A stretch of 64,000 bases of DNA from a virus. Taxonomy: Duplodnaviria > Caudoviricetes. Under the pieces are notes generated by a model, which was not told where the DNA came from, did no database searches, and saw nothing but the letters and a program-made list of their open reading frames with translations. Within the stretch, counting starts at the first letter, position 1. The number at the start of each line of letters is the position of its first letter. The stretch lies in IMG/VR virus record IMGVR_UViG_3300037504_000149; one strand, given 5' to 3'. Both the position numbers and the translations under genes were made by a program. This document shows, one piece after another, positions 9,934-19,209 of this stretch.

Positions 9934-10442
9934 GTAAGATGATACTTTGGAAAACAATGGAAGACACAGAAGGTATCTGTAATGAAACTTTAGAGGAAGT
10001 TATTGAACAACTAGGGGGAGATGGTATTACCTTATCTCAAGCACGTAAAGCTTGTAAGAATAAAATCTTTTCCTTCCCTAATGCTGTTAGAGCAGCTAAA
10101 GCATTAAGGCTGCCTAACTGGAAATTAGCTTTAGGTAAGGTAGTAGCTCATGTCCACCCTAAAGCTAAAAAATACTATAAAGATGAAGCTGTCTATTTCT
10201 ATAACCAGAAGATTCTTGAGGAGGGTAGATTAGAAGATATAGATAGTGCTGCTGCTGAGGCTGCTGTTGATGCTGCTGCTACTTGGGCTGCTTGGGATGC
10301 TGGGGCTGCTACTAGGGCTGCTAGGACTGCTGCTGATGCTGCTATGTGGGCTGCTACTTGGGCTGCTGCTGATGCTGCTGAGGCTGTCGATAATGTAGAC
10401 ACTCTCATTGACATCTACTTTGATGTATTGGAGGAAGTATGA
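9930..10442 (+). CDS. Ala/Trp-repeat paralog 2
   Basis: ATGA-coupled tandem paralog. Confidence 0.85.
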   Translation: MSKMILWKTMEDTEGICNETLEEVIEQLGGDGITLSQARKACKNKIFSFPNAVRAAKALRLPNWKLALGKVVAHVHPKAKKYYKDEAVYFYNQKILEEGRLEDIDSAAAEAAVDAAATWAAWDAGAATRAARTAADAAMWAATWAAADAAEAVDNVDTLIDIYFDVLEEV

Positions 10443-10903
10443 GTAAGATAATACTTTGGGAAACAATGAAAGATACAGTTGGTATCTGTAATGAAACTTT
10501 AGAGGAAGTTATCTCTAAACTAGGAGGAGATGGCATTACTCTACCTCAAGCTCGTAGAGCTTGTAAGGATGGAATCTTTTCTTTTCCTGATGCTGTTAAA
10601 TCAGCTACGGCATTACAGCTTTCTAACTGGAAACTAGCTTTAGGGAAGGTAGTAGCTCACGTCCATCCTAAAGCTAAAAAATATTATGAGGACAAAGTTA
10701 TCTATATTCAGAATCAGAAGGCTTTGGAGGAGGGTAGGTTAGAAGCTATAGATCAGGATGCTGCTAGGGCTGCTGCTAGGATGGCTGCTTGGGCTGCTGC
10801 TGATGCTGAGACTGCTTGGGATGCTGCTGATTGGGCTGCTGAGACTACTGGTGATGTAGATGATCTTATTGACATCTACTTTGATGTATTGGAGGAAGCA
10901 TGA
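10439..10903 (+). CDS. Ala/Trp-repeat paralog 3
   Basis: ATGA-coupled tandem paralog. Confidence 0.85.
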   Translation: MSKIILWETMKDTVGICNETLEEVISKLGGDGITLPQARRACKDGIFSFPDAVKSATALQLSNWKLALGKVVAHVHPKAKKYYEDKVIYIQNQKALEEGRLEAIDQDAARAAARMAAWAAADAETAWDAADWAAETTGDVDDLIDIYFDVLEEA

Positions 10904-11406
10904 GTAAGATGATACTTTGGGAAACAATGAAAGATGCAGATGGTATTTGCAATACCGATTTAGAGGAAGTTATCTCTAAACTAGGAGGAGATGGCATTAC
11001 TCTACCTCAAGCTCGTAGAGCTTGTAAGGATGGAATCTTTTCCTTTTCTGATGCTGTTAGAGCAGCTACAGCATTAAGGCTGCCTAATTGTAAGTTGGCT
11101 GTAGGTAAGGTAGTAGCTCATGTCCATCCTAAAGCTAAAGATTACTATAAAGATAAAGATACCTATTATCGTAATCAGAAAGCCCTTGAAGAGGATAGGT
11201 TAGAAGATATAGATATCGATGCTGCTGCTTGGGCTGCTGAGGCTGTTGCTTGGGATGCTAGGGCTGCTAGGGCTGCTAGGGCTGTTTGGGCTGTTGAGGC
11301 TGCTGGGGTTGCTGCTGCTGCTAGGGCTGCTGTGGATGCTGCTGGGGCTGTCGATAATGTAGATACTCTCATTGACACCTACTTTGATGTTTTGGAGGAA
11401 GTATGA
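10900..11406 (+). CDS. Ala/Trp-repeat paralog 4
   Basis: ATGA-coupled tandem paralog. Confidence 0.85.
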   Translation: MSKMILWETMKDADGICNTDLEEVISKLGGDGITLPQARRACKDGIFSFSDAVRAATALRLPNCKLAVGKVVAHVHPKAKDYYKDKDTYYRNQKALEEDRLEDIDIDAAAWAAEAVAWDARAARAARAVWAVEAAGVAAAARAAVDAAGAVDNVDTLIDTYFDVLEEV

Positions 11407-11909
11407 GTAAGATATTTTGGAAAGAATTAAGAAATATTGAATATATCTCCTATAAGAGTTTAGCGAAGTTTATTGATATATTAGGAGGAGATGGTATTAC
11501 CCTAGAACAATTTCGTGAAGCTTGTAAGGAGAAAGTATTTTCTTTTCCCAATGCTGTTAAAGTAGCTACAGCATTACATCTTCCTAATTGGAAGAAGGCT
11601 TTAGGGAAGGTGGTAGCTCACGTACATTCTAAAACTGAAGAGGGTTATAAAGATAAAGATGATTATTTACATAATCAGAAAGCCCTTGAAGAGGGCAGGC
11701 TAGAAGATATAAATATAGCTGCTGCTGAGGCTGCTGCTAAGGCTAATGATGGTATTTGGGCTGGTGAGGCTGCTAGGCGGGCAGGTGATACTACTTTGGC
11801 TGCTGAGGCTATTAGGATTGCTTGGGCTGCTGAGGCTGCTACTTGGGCTAATGATAACGTAAATGATCTTATTGACATCTACTTTGATGTATTGAAAGCT
11901 GCTGATTAA
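11403..11909 (+). CDS. Ala/Trp-repeat paralog 5
   Basis: ATGA-coupled tandem paralog. Confidence 0.85.
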   Translation: MSKIFWKELRNIEYISYKSLAKFIDILGGDGITLEQFREACKEKVFSFPNAVKVATALHLPNWKKALGKVVAHVHSKTEEGYKDKDDYLHNQKALEEGRLEDINIAAAEAAAKANDGIWAGEAARRAGDTTLAAEAIRIAWAAEAATWANDNVNDLIDIYFDVLKAAD

Positions 11910-11949
11910 GACTATCAAGTTAATTGAATCTGTACTAAAAGGATATGGT

Positions 11950-12150
11950 ATGACTAAACGGCAGAAAGAAGTTCTGATGGTTCTAGTGAATAGCCACCCC
12001 CTCCCTACTGCATTAACTGCTCCAGATCATCGAGTAGCTAAAAATACAATAAAGAAGGGGTGGGTTACACGAACTGAAGAAGCTATACCACGATATAGCT
12101 TAACAGAGAGTGGCATTAAAGCGTGCAAAGATTATAATCTAATGTACTAA
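11950..12150 (+). CDS. small winged-helix-like protein
   Basis: KKGWV...YSLTESG pattern. Confidence 0.55.
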   Translation: MTKRQKEVLMVLVNSHPLPTALTAPDHRVAKNTIKKGWVTRTEEAIPRYSLTESGIKACKDYNLMY

Positions 12151-12530
12151 TATACGTAAGCGTATACATCAATTACAGCATTATTAGCTGAAAACTCTAG
12201 CTGGACATCTAGGCCATGTAAAACTTCATCGAACGCAAAAGCCCAATTATCTGCGCCATCAATTACTTCTGGGTATGAACTGGAAACACTGACTAAATTT
12301 GATGATGAGACACCTTCCTTAATATCTAATGTAGTAGCTACATTATTAGTTACAATTACAATACCTCGTAAACGTTTAAATAATGTTTTAGTGGTTAGCT
12401 CACTATAAGTAGATATCACTGTCGATAATTTATCAGATGTTACGGTCACACCATTTGGAATACTATAAGATGTTTGATTGATTAGTTCATAACGATGATC
12501 GATACTACTAAAAGGATTTAATGTAGGCAT
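12147..12530 (-). CDS. hypothetical protein (isolated minus-strand gene)
   Basis: AGGAG RBS before ATG at 12530; TGGTATAAT -10 at about 12561-12569 on minus strand. Confidence 0.7.
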   Translation of the reverse strand: MPTLNPFSSIDHRYELINQTSYSIPNGVTVTSDKLSTVISTYSELTTKTLFKRLRGIVIVTNNVATTLDIKEGVSSSNLVSVSSSYPEVIDGADNWAFAFDEVLHGLDVQLEFSANNAVIDVYAYVY

Positions 12531-12585
12531 GATTCTCCTGTTTGAATTGTTTTCGCTATAATTATACCACAACGCCCGAAAAATC

Positions 12586-12614
12586 TTGAAATTCCTAGCG
12601 ACGTATGTTATACT
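12586..12614 (+). promoter_or_regulatory. sigma70-type promoter for tRNA-Phe/Ile
   Basis: TTGAAA-17-TATACT with TG. Confidence 0.75.
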
Positions 12615-12627
12615 GTATTCGGATTAC

Positions 12628-12705
12628 GGTGAGGTAGCTCAGTAGGTAGAGCACCTGGTTGAAGCCCAGGGTACTGCGGGAGTTCGATTCTCCCCCTCAC
12701 CACCA
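12628..12705 (+). tRNA. tRNA-Phe(GAA)
   Basis: Cloverleaf, loop TTGAAGC, CCA. Confidence 0.92.
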
Positions 12706-12709
12706 ATAT

Positions 12710-12783
12710 AGCGGAGTAGCTTAGTGGTAAAGCAGGTGGCTGATAACCGCCAGATGGCAGTTCAATTCTGCCCTCCGCTACCA
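12710..12783 (+). tRNA. tRNA-Ile(GAU)
   Basis: Cloverleaf, loop CTGATAA, CCA. Confidence 0.92.
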
Positions 12784-12799
12784 TTAAAGGAGTAAGTGT

Positions 12800-13882
12800 A
12801 TGGGCACCATTAGATACAAAAATATCAAGAACAAACTTCATACTTCCTTATTTAATAATAATTACAAATATGTTGACACAAAACGTATAGCAGCATCTAA
12901 TACACAATATAACATTGGCGATATATTTTCAGGGGCTGGTGGATTAACGCTAGGTTTTCAAATGGCAGGTTATAATCCAATATTTAGTGCAGAATTAGAC
13001 AAAGATGCATCTGCAACATATAAAAATAATTTTCCAAATACTTATCATTATAATGGGTATATACAAAATATAAGTAAAAATATGGCATTAAATGCAATTG
13101 GTGAAAATAAAATACACATATTATGTGCAGGTTTTCCGTGTCAGGGCTTTTCTATTGCAGGTGCAAGGAATGCTACAGATAAAAGAAATCAGTTATTTAA
13201 GGAGTTTATAAGATTTACAAACTATTTTAAACCATGGTTTGTTGTTGGTGAAAATGTTCCGGGAATTATAACGCTAAATAAGGGCAAATTTTATGACCTT
13301 ATTATTAACAGTTTTAAAGAAATAGGTTACCCAAATATGTCTGTTCTTATTTTGGAGTCTGCCGATTATGGTGTTCCACAATATAGACCAAGAGCGATAT
13401 TTATTGCTAATCGTTTTGGATTGGTAAATCCGTATCCTAAAGAAATATATAATACTAATGAACATATCAGCATAGAGAACGCTATTGATGATTTAAAATA
13501 TGTTCCTAGAAATCCAGATATAAATCATGAATGGACTCGTCACTCTAAAACAATGGAAGAACGTATTTCTTATGTAAAAGCTGGAGGCTCTCTTTATGAC
13601 AGCTATACAGATGCATGGAAAAGACAATATAAAGGTAAACCTTCGATGACAATAAAAGAAAACCACGGTGGTGTCCATATTCATTATGAACTAAATAGAA
13701 CCATTTCTGCAAGAGAAATGGCTCGTTTACAAAGCTTCCCTGACTCGTTTATTTTCAAGGGCAGGATGAAACGTGTAATGTTTCAAGTTGGTAACGCAGT
13801 ACCACCTCTCCTAGCTTATCACATTGGACTTGCGCTTAAGCCGTCGTTGGTCGAAATTGAACAATTAAAGTTAGGAACTTAA
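12800..13882 (+). CDS. DNA (cytosine-5) methyltransferase
   Basis: FSGAGG, GFPCQGFS, GENVPG, QYRPR, GNAVPP motifs. Confidence 0.95.
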   Translation: MGTIRYKNIKNKLHTSLFNNNYKYVDTKRIAASNTQYNIGDIFSGAGGLTLGFQMAGYNPIFSAELDKDASATYKNNFPNTYHYNGYIQNISKNMALNAIGENKIHILCAGFPCQGFSIAGARNATDKRNQLFKEFIRFTNYFKPWFVVGENVPGIITLNKGKFYDLIINSFKEIGYPNMSVLILESADYGVPQYRPRAIFIANRFGLVNPYPKEIYNTNEHISIENAIDDLKYVPRNPDINHEWTRHSKTMEERISYVKAGGSLYDSYTDAWKRQYKGKPSMTIKENHGGVHIHYELNRTISAREMARLQSFPDSFIFKGRMKRVMFQVGNAVPPLLAYHIGLALKPSLVEIEQLKLGT

Positions 13883-13894
13883 CATCCTATTGAA

Positions 13895-13921
13895 CTGCCC
13901 TCCGCTACCATTAAAGGAGTA
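13895..13921 (+). repeat. 27-bp duplicate of tRNA-Ile 3' end + RBS (att-like)
   Basis: ctgccctccgctaccattaaaggagta, identical to 12768-12794. Confidence 0.92.
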
Positions 13922-13924
13922 TGT

Positions 13925-14089
13925 GTGCGTAAAGGTACAAAATCATTACTTAAGTGGCTAGGTATCATAACTGTATTGAGCTTTACAGGTTTAATTTTCT
14001 TTACAGTTATAATACCTATGTTATTACCAGCTATTGTTCTTACACTAGCTGTGATTGGTGTTATTTATTTACTGTCTAGATACCTCTAA
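13925..14089 (+). CDS. small membrane protein (not in ORF track)
   Basis: GTG after AAAGGAG; MRKGTKSLLKWLGIITV..., two hydrophobic helices, 54 aa. Confidence 0.6.
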   Translation: MRKGTKSLLKWLGIITVLSFTGLIFFTVIIPMLLPAIVLTLAVIGVIYLLSRYL

Positions 14090-14100
14090 AGGAGTTTACT

Positions 14101-14343
14101 GTGAAAAATCTTTTCAAGAAACAACCCTTGGCTATGTGGATTGGTGTATTCTTTCTAGGCATCGTCCTTACAGCATTAGCCATTAAACTCTTTCCTCTCT
14201 TCTGTGTTGTCGTAGGTTTGAGTTTGGTCAGTCTTCTAGTTATAGGTCCGAAAAGCATTAAGCAGTTGTTTATGCGAGCTAAACGGATTCATATGATTAA
14301 CGAGGCTGGCAAAGCTGGTAAATACAAGCATACACTAGACTAA
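14101..14343 (+). CDS. small membrane protein
   Basis: RBS, two hydrophobic helices. Confidence 0.7.
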   Translation: MKNLFKKQPLAMWIGVFFLGIVLTALAIKLFPLFCVVVGLSLVSLLVIGPKSIKQLFMRAKRIHMINEAGKAGKYKHTLD

Positions 14344-14350
14344 AATTTAC

Positions 14351-14427
14351 TCCCCGGTAGCTCAGTTGGATAGAGCACCTGACTACGAATCAGGGTGTCG
14401 GAGGTTCAAGTCCTCTCCGGGGAACCA
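14351..14427 (+). tRNA. tRNA-Arg(ACG)
   Basis: Cloverleaf, loop CTACGAA, CCA. Confidence 0.93.
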
Positions 14428-14447
14428 ACACACTCTAAGGGGATATT

Positions 14448-14771
14448 ATGGCAAAAGCAAGTAAATCATTACAGAAAAGTAAAGATCGTAAAATAAGAAT
14501 TGAAGACTGGGTTATCGAAGCTGTAAAACCTGAACGTAGGCATAAATCTACTGGTTTTATAGCAATGGCATCAGGTATAGACAAGGCAGTTTTAAAAGGT
14601 ATCATCTATAATCATCCTGATTATGATGATGGTGAGGAAGTAGAAATTTACGATATAGTAAACTACGATTACAACCTAAGAGTAGCCCGTACTGGGTCGT
14701 ATGAAATTAAATTAGGCCAACCTACTAAAGATTACGTCAAGTGGTTACATCAAAACGGATACGTCTACTAA
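14448..14771 (+). CDS. hypothetical protein
   Basis: 107-aa ORF with RBS. Confidence 0.7.
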   Translation: MAKASKSLQKSKDRKIRIEDWVIEAVKPERRHKSTGFIAMASGIDKAVLKGIIYNHPDYDDGEEVEIYDIVNYDYNLRVARTGSYEIKLGQPTKDYVKWLHQNGYVY

Positions 14772-14785
14772 AGAAAGGGCATAGC

Positions 14786-16135
14786 ATGGATAAGACAACC
14801 GCTAACTGTGAAGAGTTTACCCCTATGGATGGCCAGCATAAGGTATCTAAAGCCTTTACTTATATTCCAACTATTGAAAGGCATCTGATTAAGTATGCTT
14901 TGACCAAGTTGTTAGAGGACAATCCACCTATCATGTTTTCGCGTGCTAGTGACTTCACTAACGCACCTCCCACTTTAACTATTAAGGTGGGTTATGAGCA
15001 GCAAGCGCAGGTAGTTGATAACGCTTTTGTTTTATGGGAAGATTGTGTATTACGTTACTGGGAGGCTCAAGTAGGTAATGAAATACATTTGTTTGTAGAC
15101 ATACTTGGGCAATCACCTGAAATTGTGGAGGATTACGAAAAGCTGTACAAAGAGTATATACAGCGTCACAACTTCTACCAGGGCAAGACTCTTAAGTTCA
15201 CTCGCGAAGGACTAGAGTTTATGCCTGCCGTAGACCGTCCGTGGGAATCGGTTGTCTACGATGACGATACTAAAACCGACATCCTACTTAACACTTATGA
15301 ATTTCTGAGCGACGAAAAATATCATGTTGTGGGCAAAAAACGTGGTATCCTGCTGGAAGGGCCTCCGGGAACAGGTAAAACCTCAATGGTAAAGGCTATC
15401 TTCCATAAGCTGCGTGAAAACGGAATTACACAGATTTACCTGTCCGATGACTGTTTTAGTCAGATGAGTGTCGATGCTATGTTTAGGTTTTTTGATACTT
15501 ATCTTGCTCCAGGCTTGATGGTGTTTGAGGATATTGACACCATTGGTGAGAGTAGAGAATCCAAGAGTTCAATACTTATTGGCTCTCTACTAACTAAGTT
15601 TAACGGTATCAACGATTTAACTAACCCCATTGTGATGATGGCAACCACTAACCGGATGGAAGTGTTAGATCAAGCGTTGACGCGACCTCAGCGATTTAAC
15701 CGAACAATTACTTTTGGATACCCCGAGTATGATATACTTGTATCTATATTCGAGAGATTGTTTGGGTTTGAACCTCCTGAAAAACTACATGATATGCATG
15801 AGGAGGGGAATAGCGTTAAACAGGCAGGTAAGTTTAAAAACACTAAACTTACAGGAGCCCACATCGAGGATATATACCAAAACGCTAAGATGCTAGCTAT
15901 CAAACGGGATAGTACAGTAGAGGAGTGTTTAGATGATGCGATGGAGCTAACACGAAAGAACTTCATCACAAGCATTGGTAGTGAAAGTATCACCAGGGGA
16001 TTTGGTTTTGGAGCTGGTATAGCTAAAGGAAGTAAAAAAGAGGAAGATACCCTTGTAGAATTAGACTCCCCCGATAAAAAAGAGGATGATGATCCTAAAC
16101 GCGACCTCCCCAAAGATCCCGTAGATGAAGAATAA
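14786..16135 (+). CDS. AAA+ ATPase
   Basis: GILLEGPPGTGKT Walker A, VFEDID Walker B, TTNR..LDQALTRPQRF SRH. Confidence 0.92.
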   Translation: MDKTTANCEEFTPMDGQHKVSKAFTYIPTIERHLIKYALTKLLEDNPPIMFSRASDFTNAPPTLTIKVGYEQQAQVVDNAFVLWEDCVLRYWEAQVGNEIHLFVDILGQSPEIVEDYEKLYKEYIQRHNFYQGKTLKFTREGLEFMPAVDRPWESVVYDDDTKTDILLNTYEFLSDEKYHVVGKKRGILLEGPPGTGKTSMVKAIFHKLRENGITQIYLSDDCFSQMSVDAMFRFFDTYLAPGLMVFEDIDTIGESRESKSSILIGSLLTKFNGINDLTNPIVMMATTNRMEVLDQALTRPQRFNRTITFGYPEYDILVSIFERLFGFEPPEKLHDMHEEGNSVKQAGKFKNTKLTGAHIEDIYQNAKMLAIKRDSTVEECLDDAMELTRKNFITSIGSESITRGFGFGAGIAKGSKKEEDTLVELDSPDKKEDDDPKRDLPKDPVDEE

Positions 16136-16239
16136 CTTTCTTCAAAAGTCGAGCTGTACCGGCTTAAGGGTAGATATAAGTACGGTTGATATACCTGAAG
16201 TAGAAACTACCCATTCCTGAACTAGAACAAAGAGGTAAT

Positions 16240-16644
16240 ATGTTCTACCAGATTAAGAAATTGTTAACTATTGGATTATTGTTAGTAGCTCTTCTTCTAG
16301 GAATTGAGCTTATAGGAAGTGCTCAAGGAATAGCAGAAGCAATGGAAGTTAAAGAAGATATGGGCAGAATAGCTGCTCAATACGAACAAATGCAAATTAA
16401 CTTTGGAGTGATGGCACGTACTCTCCAAGGTCAAATATATAAGATTGAGTATTTAGAAAAAGAACGTGAAGCTTTGTTTGAGCTTACGTCAAACACTCGA
16501 CCAGCATCTCATTACACAACTAATGACGCTTGGCGTGAGCCTTTTGAGTCATGGGCTGAGCAGTTCAATGATGATGCAGTAGAGCAAGCTTTGGGTTCGG
16601 GTGGATTTGAACTTACGGATCCTAACGAAATTCCGGGTGAATAA
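16240..16644 (+). CDS. membrane-anchored coiled-coil protein
   Basis: N-terminal hydrophobic helix. Confidence 0.7.
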   Translation: MFYQIKKLLTIGLLLVALLLGIELIGSAQGIAEAMEVKEDMGRIAAQYEQMQINFGVMARTLQGQIYKIEYLEKEREALFELTSNTRPASHYTTNDAWREPFESWAEQFNDDAVEQALGSGGFELTDPNEIPGE

Positions 16645-16646
16645 CC

Positions 16647-16675
16647 TTGACTTTTTCAGTGAGTTATGCTATACT
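16647..16675 (+). promoter_or_regulatory. sigma70-type promoter for tRNA-Tyr
   Basis: TTGACT-17-TATACT with TG. Confidence 0.8.
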
Positions 16676-16688
16676 TGTAGTGTTGAAT

Positions 16689-16780
16689 GGCAGGGTGCTA
16701 GAGTTGGCTGAATAGGACAGGCTGTAAACCTGTTGCCGATGTGCTGAACACCGGGGGTTCAAATCCCTCCCCTGTCACCA
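16689..16780 (+). tRNA. tRNA-Tyr(GUA)
   Basis: Cloverleaf, loop CTGTAAA, long variable region, CCA. Confidence 0.88.
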
Positions 16781-16781
16781 C

Positions 16782-16851
16782 GCGAGGCGTGTAAGGTTTG
16801 GGGATTTTCGCTACCTTAAGATGATACTATGTATCGCCATATACGCCTTGC
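16782..16851 (+). ncRNA. putative structured small RNA between tRNAs
   Basis: 12-bp closing stem gcgaggcgtgta/tatacgccttgc enclosing two hairpins. Confidence 0.5.
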
Positions 16852-16857
16852 ATCATA

Positions 16858-16931
16858 GCCCCGGTAGCCAAATGGTAAGGCGGGGGATTGCAAATCCCTG
16901 ATTATCGGTTCAAGTCCGTTCTGGGGCTCCA
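16858..16931 (+). tRNA. tRNA-Cys(GCA)
   Basis: Cloverleaf, loop TTGCAAA, U73-CCA. Confidence 0.9.
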
Positions 16932-16938
16932 AAAAATT

Positions 16939-17208
16939 ATGAACAGACACAACGCCAGCACAGATTATATTGCCGCTGAAGAGTGGGATCAATACTTTGA
17001 GCACACTTTACGTGCGGTAAATATACAACACATTAGCGATCCGGGCCTTAAAGAGGCTATTAAAAGATGGCGACGTATTCAAAACATCTTTACAAAACAT
17101 CAACATGATTATGGCGTTCCAACCAATGATGATAGCTTGTATGAGAGAGCTGATTATTGGTACGAACGAGCAAGAACACTATATAAACAGCAGCAACTAG
17201 ATGTGTGA
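16939..17208 (+). CDS. hypothetical protein
   Basis: ATG just after tRNA-Cys. Confidence 0.55.
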   Translation: MNRHNASTDYIAAEEWDQYFEHTLRAVNIQHISDPGLKEAIKRWRRIQNIFTKHQHDYGVPTNDDSLYERADYWYERARTLYKQQQLDV

Positions 17209-17215
17209 TTACATT

Positions 17216-17293
17216 GGGCCTGTAGCTCAGTTGGTTTAGAGCCCCCGCCTCATAAGCGGTTGGTCGTGGGTTCAAGTCCCACCAGGCCCACCA
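17216..17293 (+). tRNA. tRNA with CAU anticodon, probably Ile2 (lysidine type)
   Basis: Loop CTCATAA, GGGCCTG acceptor; separate fMet and Met genes exist at 47.2 kb. Confidence 0.8.
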
Positions 17294-17313
17294 ACTATCC
17301 TAAGGAGAAATGT

Positions 17314-17517
17314 ATGGAAGCCACAAAGAATAGTCTACGTAAAGCAGGTGGTATAGGGTTTTCAGGATTACTAACTGTAGCTTTTGTTGTACTTAAACTA
17401 ACTAATGTAATTGATTGGAATTGGTTTTGGGTATTAAGTCCGCTGATTATACCTACAGGAATGATCATGCTGCTCATTGGTATATTACACGTTTTTGGTC
17501 CAAAACATCTAAACTAG
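17314..17517 (+). CDS. small membrane protein
   Basis: GGIGFSGLLTVAFVVLKLTNVIDWNWFWVLSPL, a common phage TM family pattern. Confidence 0.75.
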   Translation: MEATKNSLRKAGGIGFSGLLTVAFVVLKLTNVIDWNWFWVLSPLIIPTGMIMLLIGILHVFGPKHLN

Positions 17518-17593
17518 TGGCAGGTGGCCTAATGGCTAAGGCACCCGGCTGTTAACCGGATGATTGAGGGTTCAAGTCCCTCCCTGCCAGCCA
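17518..17593 (+). tRNA. tRNA-Asn(GUU)
   Basis: Cloverleaf, loop CTGTTAA, G73-CCA. Confidence 0.92.
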
Positions 17594-17639
17594 AACATTA
17601 CCCAGTAGCGAAAGAAGTGACACTTAGGAAGGACGCACC

Positions 17640-18413
17640 ATGCCTGGTTACAAAGGTACACCTACTTCCATCGATTACAACGACACACCTCAAGAGGGCG
17701 TAGCTGTGTCTGATAAGATGGCATCACCTAGATATACTGGATTGCATTACACTTTAGGCGGTCCAGGTAAGTTGGGTATTGATGCTGTAGAATACATAAC
17801 TACTGGTAAACGTGGTAGTGGGCGTTCTCTACACACTACTTCTGGATATCAAAAATTCGTAGATGGCTTACGTGGTGCTACGTCTAAGTATCTGCTCAAT
17901 TTTATTAAGAATATCAATGATCGTAAAGTATTCTTTAGCACTAGGAGTTATAAAGAAATCGTAGAGTTAGCGAGCCTTAAGACTGTAAATATTGAACTTT
18001 GTGGTACATGGCACGAGTTTAGCGCTGTACACACCGAAGTGGCACCGTCTATAGATACATTACTAGATGGAGTTAATGCCGCAGAAACAGATACTTGTAC
18101 TATATTCTATGATGGTAAACAATTCCAATTCGTAAAACAACAGGAAACTGTAACATCACCTGTATTACGTTTTAGCTTTAGAAGCTTGTACGATCCTAAA
18201 TACTTAGCTTTACTAGACTATAAGATCGCCAATAATGTAAAAGCGAAAGATGCTTGGGAGTTACGAGCATATAGAGATGAGCAATGCAAGCAAGAAGCTG
18301 CAAGTAATATTGAGGGCTTGGAGAATGAGATTAATAAACTTGTCCGACGTAGAAAGGAGCTGCTGGAAGGTACTTGTAAATTGTACACATGCACATATGA
18401 GGAACAAATATGA
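17640..18413 (+). CDS. hypothetical protein
   Basis: 257-aa ORF, GAAGGA RBS. Confidence 0.75.
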   Translation: MPGYKGTPTSIDYNDTPQEGVAVSDKMASPRYTGLHYTLGGPGKLGIDAVEYITTGKRGSGRSLHTTSGYQKFVDGLRGATSKYLLNFIKNINDRKVFFSTRSYKEIVELASLKTVNIELCGTWHEFSAVHTEVAPSIDTLLDGVNAAETDTCTIFYDGKQFQFVKQQETVTSPVLRFSFRSLYDPKYLALLDYKIANNVKAKDAWELRAYRDEQCKQEAASNIEGLENEINKLVRRRKELLEGTCKLYTCTYEEQI

Positions 18414-19117
18414 TACAGTTTATATGTAATAATAATTATAAAGAGGCATCAACACTTAGCAGAATATACCAACACATGACCAATGGTAGTCCTTGGGCAA
18501 TAATATCAGCGTCCCATACTCAGTATATAGACGGCGAGCCTGTAGGGGGAAAAGAGCTTCCAGAAAATGAAGATCGTATGTTTGATATGATAGAAGAATT
18601 CTATACTTTAGAGGACGGCCAACCGACAGGGTATATTCCGATAGATGGTGTTTGGTGTGAAATAATTGAAAAAGATAAAAATGATAAGCCTATAAAAATA
18701 GACATACAGTTCGAAGATTCCTTATTTATACCTAATATGTCATACTCAGAAGTTGTTGCGTTAGGTGGTAATTTTGATCAGCATTCTGTTTTTTGGGGTA
18801 GTGGGGAATCGTTTGATGATAGCTATTATTTAGACTTAGATGAAAACGTAGCACATAGAATACTTAATTGGAGAATTTTACCTCATACGGAAAAAGAACG
18901 TGATATTAGATTCGGTACAGAGGATGAAACTAAGGATACTGATAAAGAGAAATATCGTAAAGATCATCCTTCTTGGGAACTATTATCTGATGAGGAAAAA
19001 GCGAAGAAAGAGTTAGAGGATTCTTCAGGTGCTACAAGAATCCCCGGAGACAGAAACTTCATTTTCGATATAGAGTGGGATAAAACTTCCGATCCCTTCG
19101 AAAACGATAGAGATTAA
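18410..19117 (+). CDS. hypothetical protein
   Basis: 235-aa ORF, ATGA-coupled. Confidence 0.75.
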   Translation: MIQFICNNNYKEASTLSRIYQHMTNGSPWAIISASHTQYIDGEPVGGKELPENEDRMFDMIEEFYTLEDGQPTGYIPIDGVWCEIIEKDKNDKPIKIDIQFEDSLFIPNMSYSEVVALGGNFDQHSVFWGSGESFDDSYYLDLDENVAHRILNWRILPHTEKERDIRFGTEDETKDTDKEKYRKDHPSWELLSDEEKAKKELEDSSGATRIPGDRNFIFDIEWDKTSDPFENDRD

Positions 19118-19124
19118 GTATTAC

Positions 19125-19201
19125 GGGCGGTTAGCTCAGTTGGTTAGAGCGCTTGGCTTACATCCAAGAGGTCGTGAGTTCGAGTCTCACACTGCCCACC
19201 A
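19125..19201 (+). tRNA. tRNA-Val(UAC)
   Basis: Cloverleaf, loop CTTACAT, CCA. Confidence 0.93.
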
Positions 19202-19209
19202 ATTGCTCT

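Noticed and set aside
9394-11909. Diversity-generating retroelement acting on the paralogs
   Set aside because: No reverse transcriptase or template repeat in the window; variation is indel and codon-repeat based rather than adenine-specific.
9688-11918. Ser-rich and Leu-rich alternative-frame or antisense ORFs in the track
   Set aside because: Shadows of the GCT repeats in the paralog genes.
16194-16212. Hammerhead ribozyme (ctgaag...gaaa); also tgatgaaa at 42366 and 42764
   Set aside because: The CUGANGA core is incomplete and stems I-III cannot be built.
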